From an uncultured SAR86 cluster bacterium (GTDB taxonomy: Bacteria > Pseudomonadota > Gammaproteobacteria > Magnimaribacterales > D2472): a DNA stretch of 58,453 nucleotides. Shown piece by piece: positions 56,726 through 58,453 of the stretch. The number at the start of each line of letters is the position of its first letter. Position 1 is the stretch's first letter. The notes beneath the pieces are model-generated. The model had not been told where the DNA came from. It ran no database searches and saw nothing but the letters and a program-made list of their open reading frames with translations. The DNA lies in assembly GCA_902551185.1 (NCBI GenBank), contig CACDCN010000001.1:69049-127501 (forward strand), in the 5' to 3' direction. A program made the position numbers and the translations under genes.

Positions 56726-57872
56726 TTTAACATCTTTAGATATTACAAATAAAAACCTTGTTATAAGGGTAGATATGAATGTGCCAATTAAGGATGGAAT
56801 TGTTGCAGATGCATCAAGAATAAAGGCTTGTATTCCAACAATTAAATTCGCCCTTGAAAATAATGCAAAAGTTTTACTAGTTAGCCATTTAGGAAGACCA
56901 GAAGAGGGAAATTTTGAAGAAAAATTTTCTATGAAACCAGTTGCTGAATCTCTAAGCAACATTCTAAATGAAGAAGTTGGTCTTATAGGGGGACTAGACT
57001 CTGAAGATATTTTTAAAAGCCCATCAAGTATTCAAATTTTAGAAAATATTAGATTTTTTGAGGGAGAAAAAGCTAATGATAAAGATTTGGGTAATAAATT
57101 AGCTAATCTAGGCGATATTTATGTTTTTGATGCATTTGGAACTGCACACAGAGAACAGGCCTCTACACATTCTGCTATAGAGCAATCAAAAATTGCTTGT
57201 GCAGGATTGCTGCTTGAAAGAGAAATAGATTTTTTAACTAAAGCACTTAATAATTATCAAAAACCATATCTTGCTATTATTGGTGGGGCAAAAGTATCAA
57301 CAAAACTTGAACTTATAAAGCATATAGATAATGTTGCAGATAATATTATTATTGGTGGCGGTATAGCAAATACTTTCATTCTGGCATCTGGTCTAAATGT
57401 AGGAAAATCTCTTGTTGAAGAAACTTTGGTAGATATTGCAAAGAGTATTCTTGATAAAGGTAAAATCATTTTGCCAAAAGTTGCTATTACTTCAGAAAGT
57501 TTTGAAGGCAAGAATATTAATAAAAAATTAATCTCTGATATTAAGGATAATGAAATGATCTTAGATTTGTATATCGAAGAAGAGACTGATCAGCTAATTA
57601 ATAATGCAAATACCATTCTATGGAATGGACCAATGGGTGTTTTTGAGAATAAGGCATTTGAAAAAGGCACAAGAGATTTATCAAACGCTATTGCAAAATC
57701 TAAAGCATTTTCATTAGCCGGCGGCGGCGAAACTTTATCCGCAATTAATAAATATATTAAACCAGATGATGTATCATATTGTTCTACTGGCGGGGGAGCC
57801 TTTTTAGAATTTATGGAAGGCAAAGCACTGCCAGCAATAAAAGTTTTAAATTCAAAAGGAAATGGGAGATAA
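56718..57872 (+). CDS. pgk: Phosphoglycerate kinase
   Basis: RVDMNVP, SHLGRP, DAFGTAHR, GGAKVSTK, WNGPMGVFE, STGGGA. Confidence 0.97.
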   Translation: MINLTSLDITNKNLVIRVDMNVPIKDGIVADASRIKACIPTIKFALENNAKVLLVSHLGRPEEGNFEEKFSMKPVAESLSNILNEEVGLIGGLDSEDIFKSPSSIQILENIRFFEGEKANDKDLGNKLANLGDIYVFDAFGTAHREQASTHSAIEQSKIACAGLLLEREIDFLTKALNNYQKPYLAIIGGAKVSTKLELIKHIDNVADNIIIGGGIANTFILASGLNVGKSLVEETLVDIAKSILDKGKIILPKVAITSESFEGKNINKKLISDIKDNEMILDLYIEEETDQLINNANTILWNGPMGVFENKAFEKGTRDLSNAIAKSKAFSLAGGGETLSAINKYIKPDDVSYCSTGGGAFLEFMEGKALPAIKVLNSKGNGR

Positions 57873-57875
57873 ATT

Positions 57876-58453
57876 ATGTCATTGGATAATATAGAAGAAA
57901 TAGCATCATTTATTGTTGCACACGGTAAAGGCATTCTGGCTGCAGATGAAAGCAATCCTACCTGTGGAAAAAGATTCGACTCTATTGGAGTTGAATCCAC
58001 TGAAGAAAATAGAAGAGATTATAGAGAGATGCTATTTAGATCTAAGGGAATAAAAGGCAATATAGGCGGCGTAATACTTTTTGATGAAACTATTAGACAA
58101 TCCGCAGAAGACGGCTCCTTATTAAGAGATCTGATATCTGAACAAGGGGCACTGCCTGGCATTAAAGTTGATAAAGGACTAAAGCCAATAGAAGATTGTC
58201 CTGGAGAAACAGTTACCGTAGGTTTAGATGGTTTGGATGAAAGATTAAAAGAATACGCATCAATGGGAGCCAAATTTACTAAATGGAGAGCTGTAATTAA
58301 TATCGGTGATAGCATTCCTACTGACAAATGTATAGATGCTAATATGGATGCTCTTGCTGATTATGCAAAGTGTGCACAAGATAATGGGATGGTACCAATA
58401 GTTGAACCTGAAGTTCTAATGGATGGAGATCATAATATTGAAGAATGTTATCA
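57876..58453 (+). CDS. Class I fructose-bisphosphate aldolase (partial, runs off window end)
   Basis: Manual translation: MSLDNIEE...GKGILAADES...GVILFDET...PGIKVDKG...GLDGL...KWRAV...VPIVEPEVL. Confidence 0.93.
   Translation, partial: MSLDNIEEIASFIVAHGKGILAADESNPTCGKRFDSIGVESTEENRRDYREMLFRSKGIKGNIGGVILFDETIRQSAEDGSLLRDLISEQGALPGIKVDKGLKPIEDCPGETVTVGLDGLDERLKEYASMGAKFTKWRAVINIGDSIPTDKCIDANMDALADYAKCAQDNGMVPIVEPEVLMDGDHNIEECY

Noticed and set aside
58019-58327. Minus-strand 102-aa ORF at the window end
   Set aside because: Antisense to the class I aldolase gene

Overview
AT-rich, gene-dense chromosomal window around the replication origin of a streamlined gammaproteobacterium. The gene order is Pseudomonadales-like with many genes missing, and the profile resembles the marine SAR86 clade (inference). 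Contents in order: atp operon (atpIBEFH, partial atpA), parAB, rsmG-mnmG, mnmE-yidC-rnpA-rpmH, dnaA-dnaN-recF-gyrB, plsC, a single-subunit GlyRS, a lipid A acyltransferase, trkAH, fmt/def, purE-tsaC-hemF-aroE, a complete aa3/caa3 cytochrome c oxidase cluster with assembly genes, qor, gshA, pckA, dsbB, polA, engB, cytochrome c4-dsbA-blue copper protein, lptM-lysA-dapF-DUF484-xerC-HAD (with two inserted genes), metK/ahcY and tkt-pgk-class I fba (partial). I recognised no rRNA, tRNA, CRISPR array or mobile element. Main observations: (1) an intense, roughly symmetric strand-composition flip centred at ~7390 in the mnmE-mnmG gap, fading over a few kb, with polarity opposite to the textbook oriC skew; (2) a protein joining a cytochrome c5-like N-terminal leader to a pseudoazurin copper domain in place of the heme domain; (3) an unannotated 27-codon LptM whose predicted mature lipopeptide is only 9 residues; (4) in-place replacement of glyQ/glyS by an alpha2-type GlyRS; (5) a proteobacterial GyrB lacking the TOPRIM insert; (6) a parS site inside the last codons of recF.
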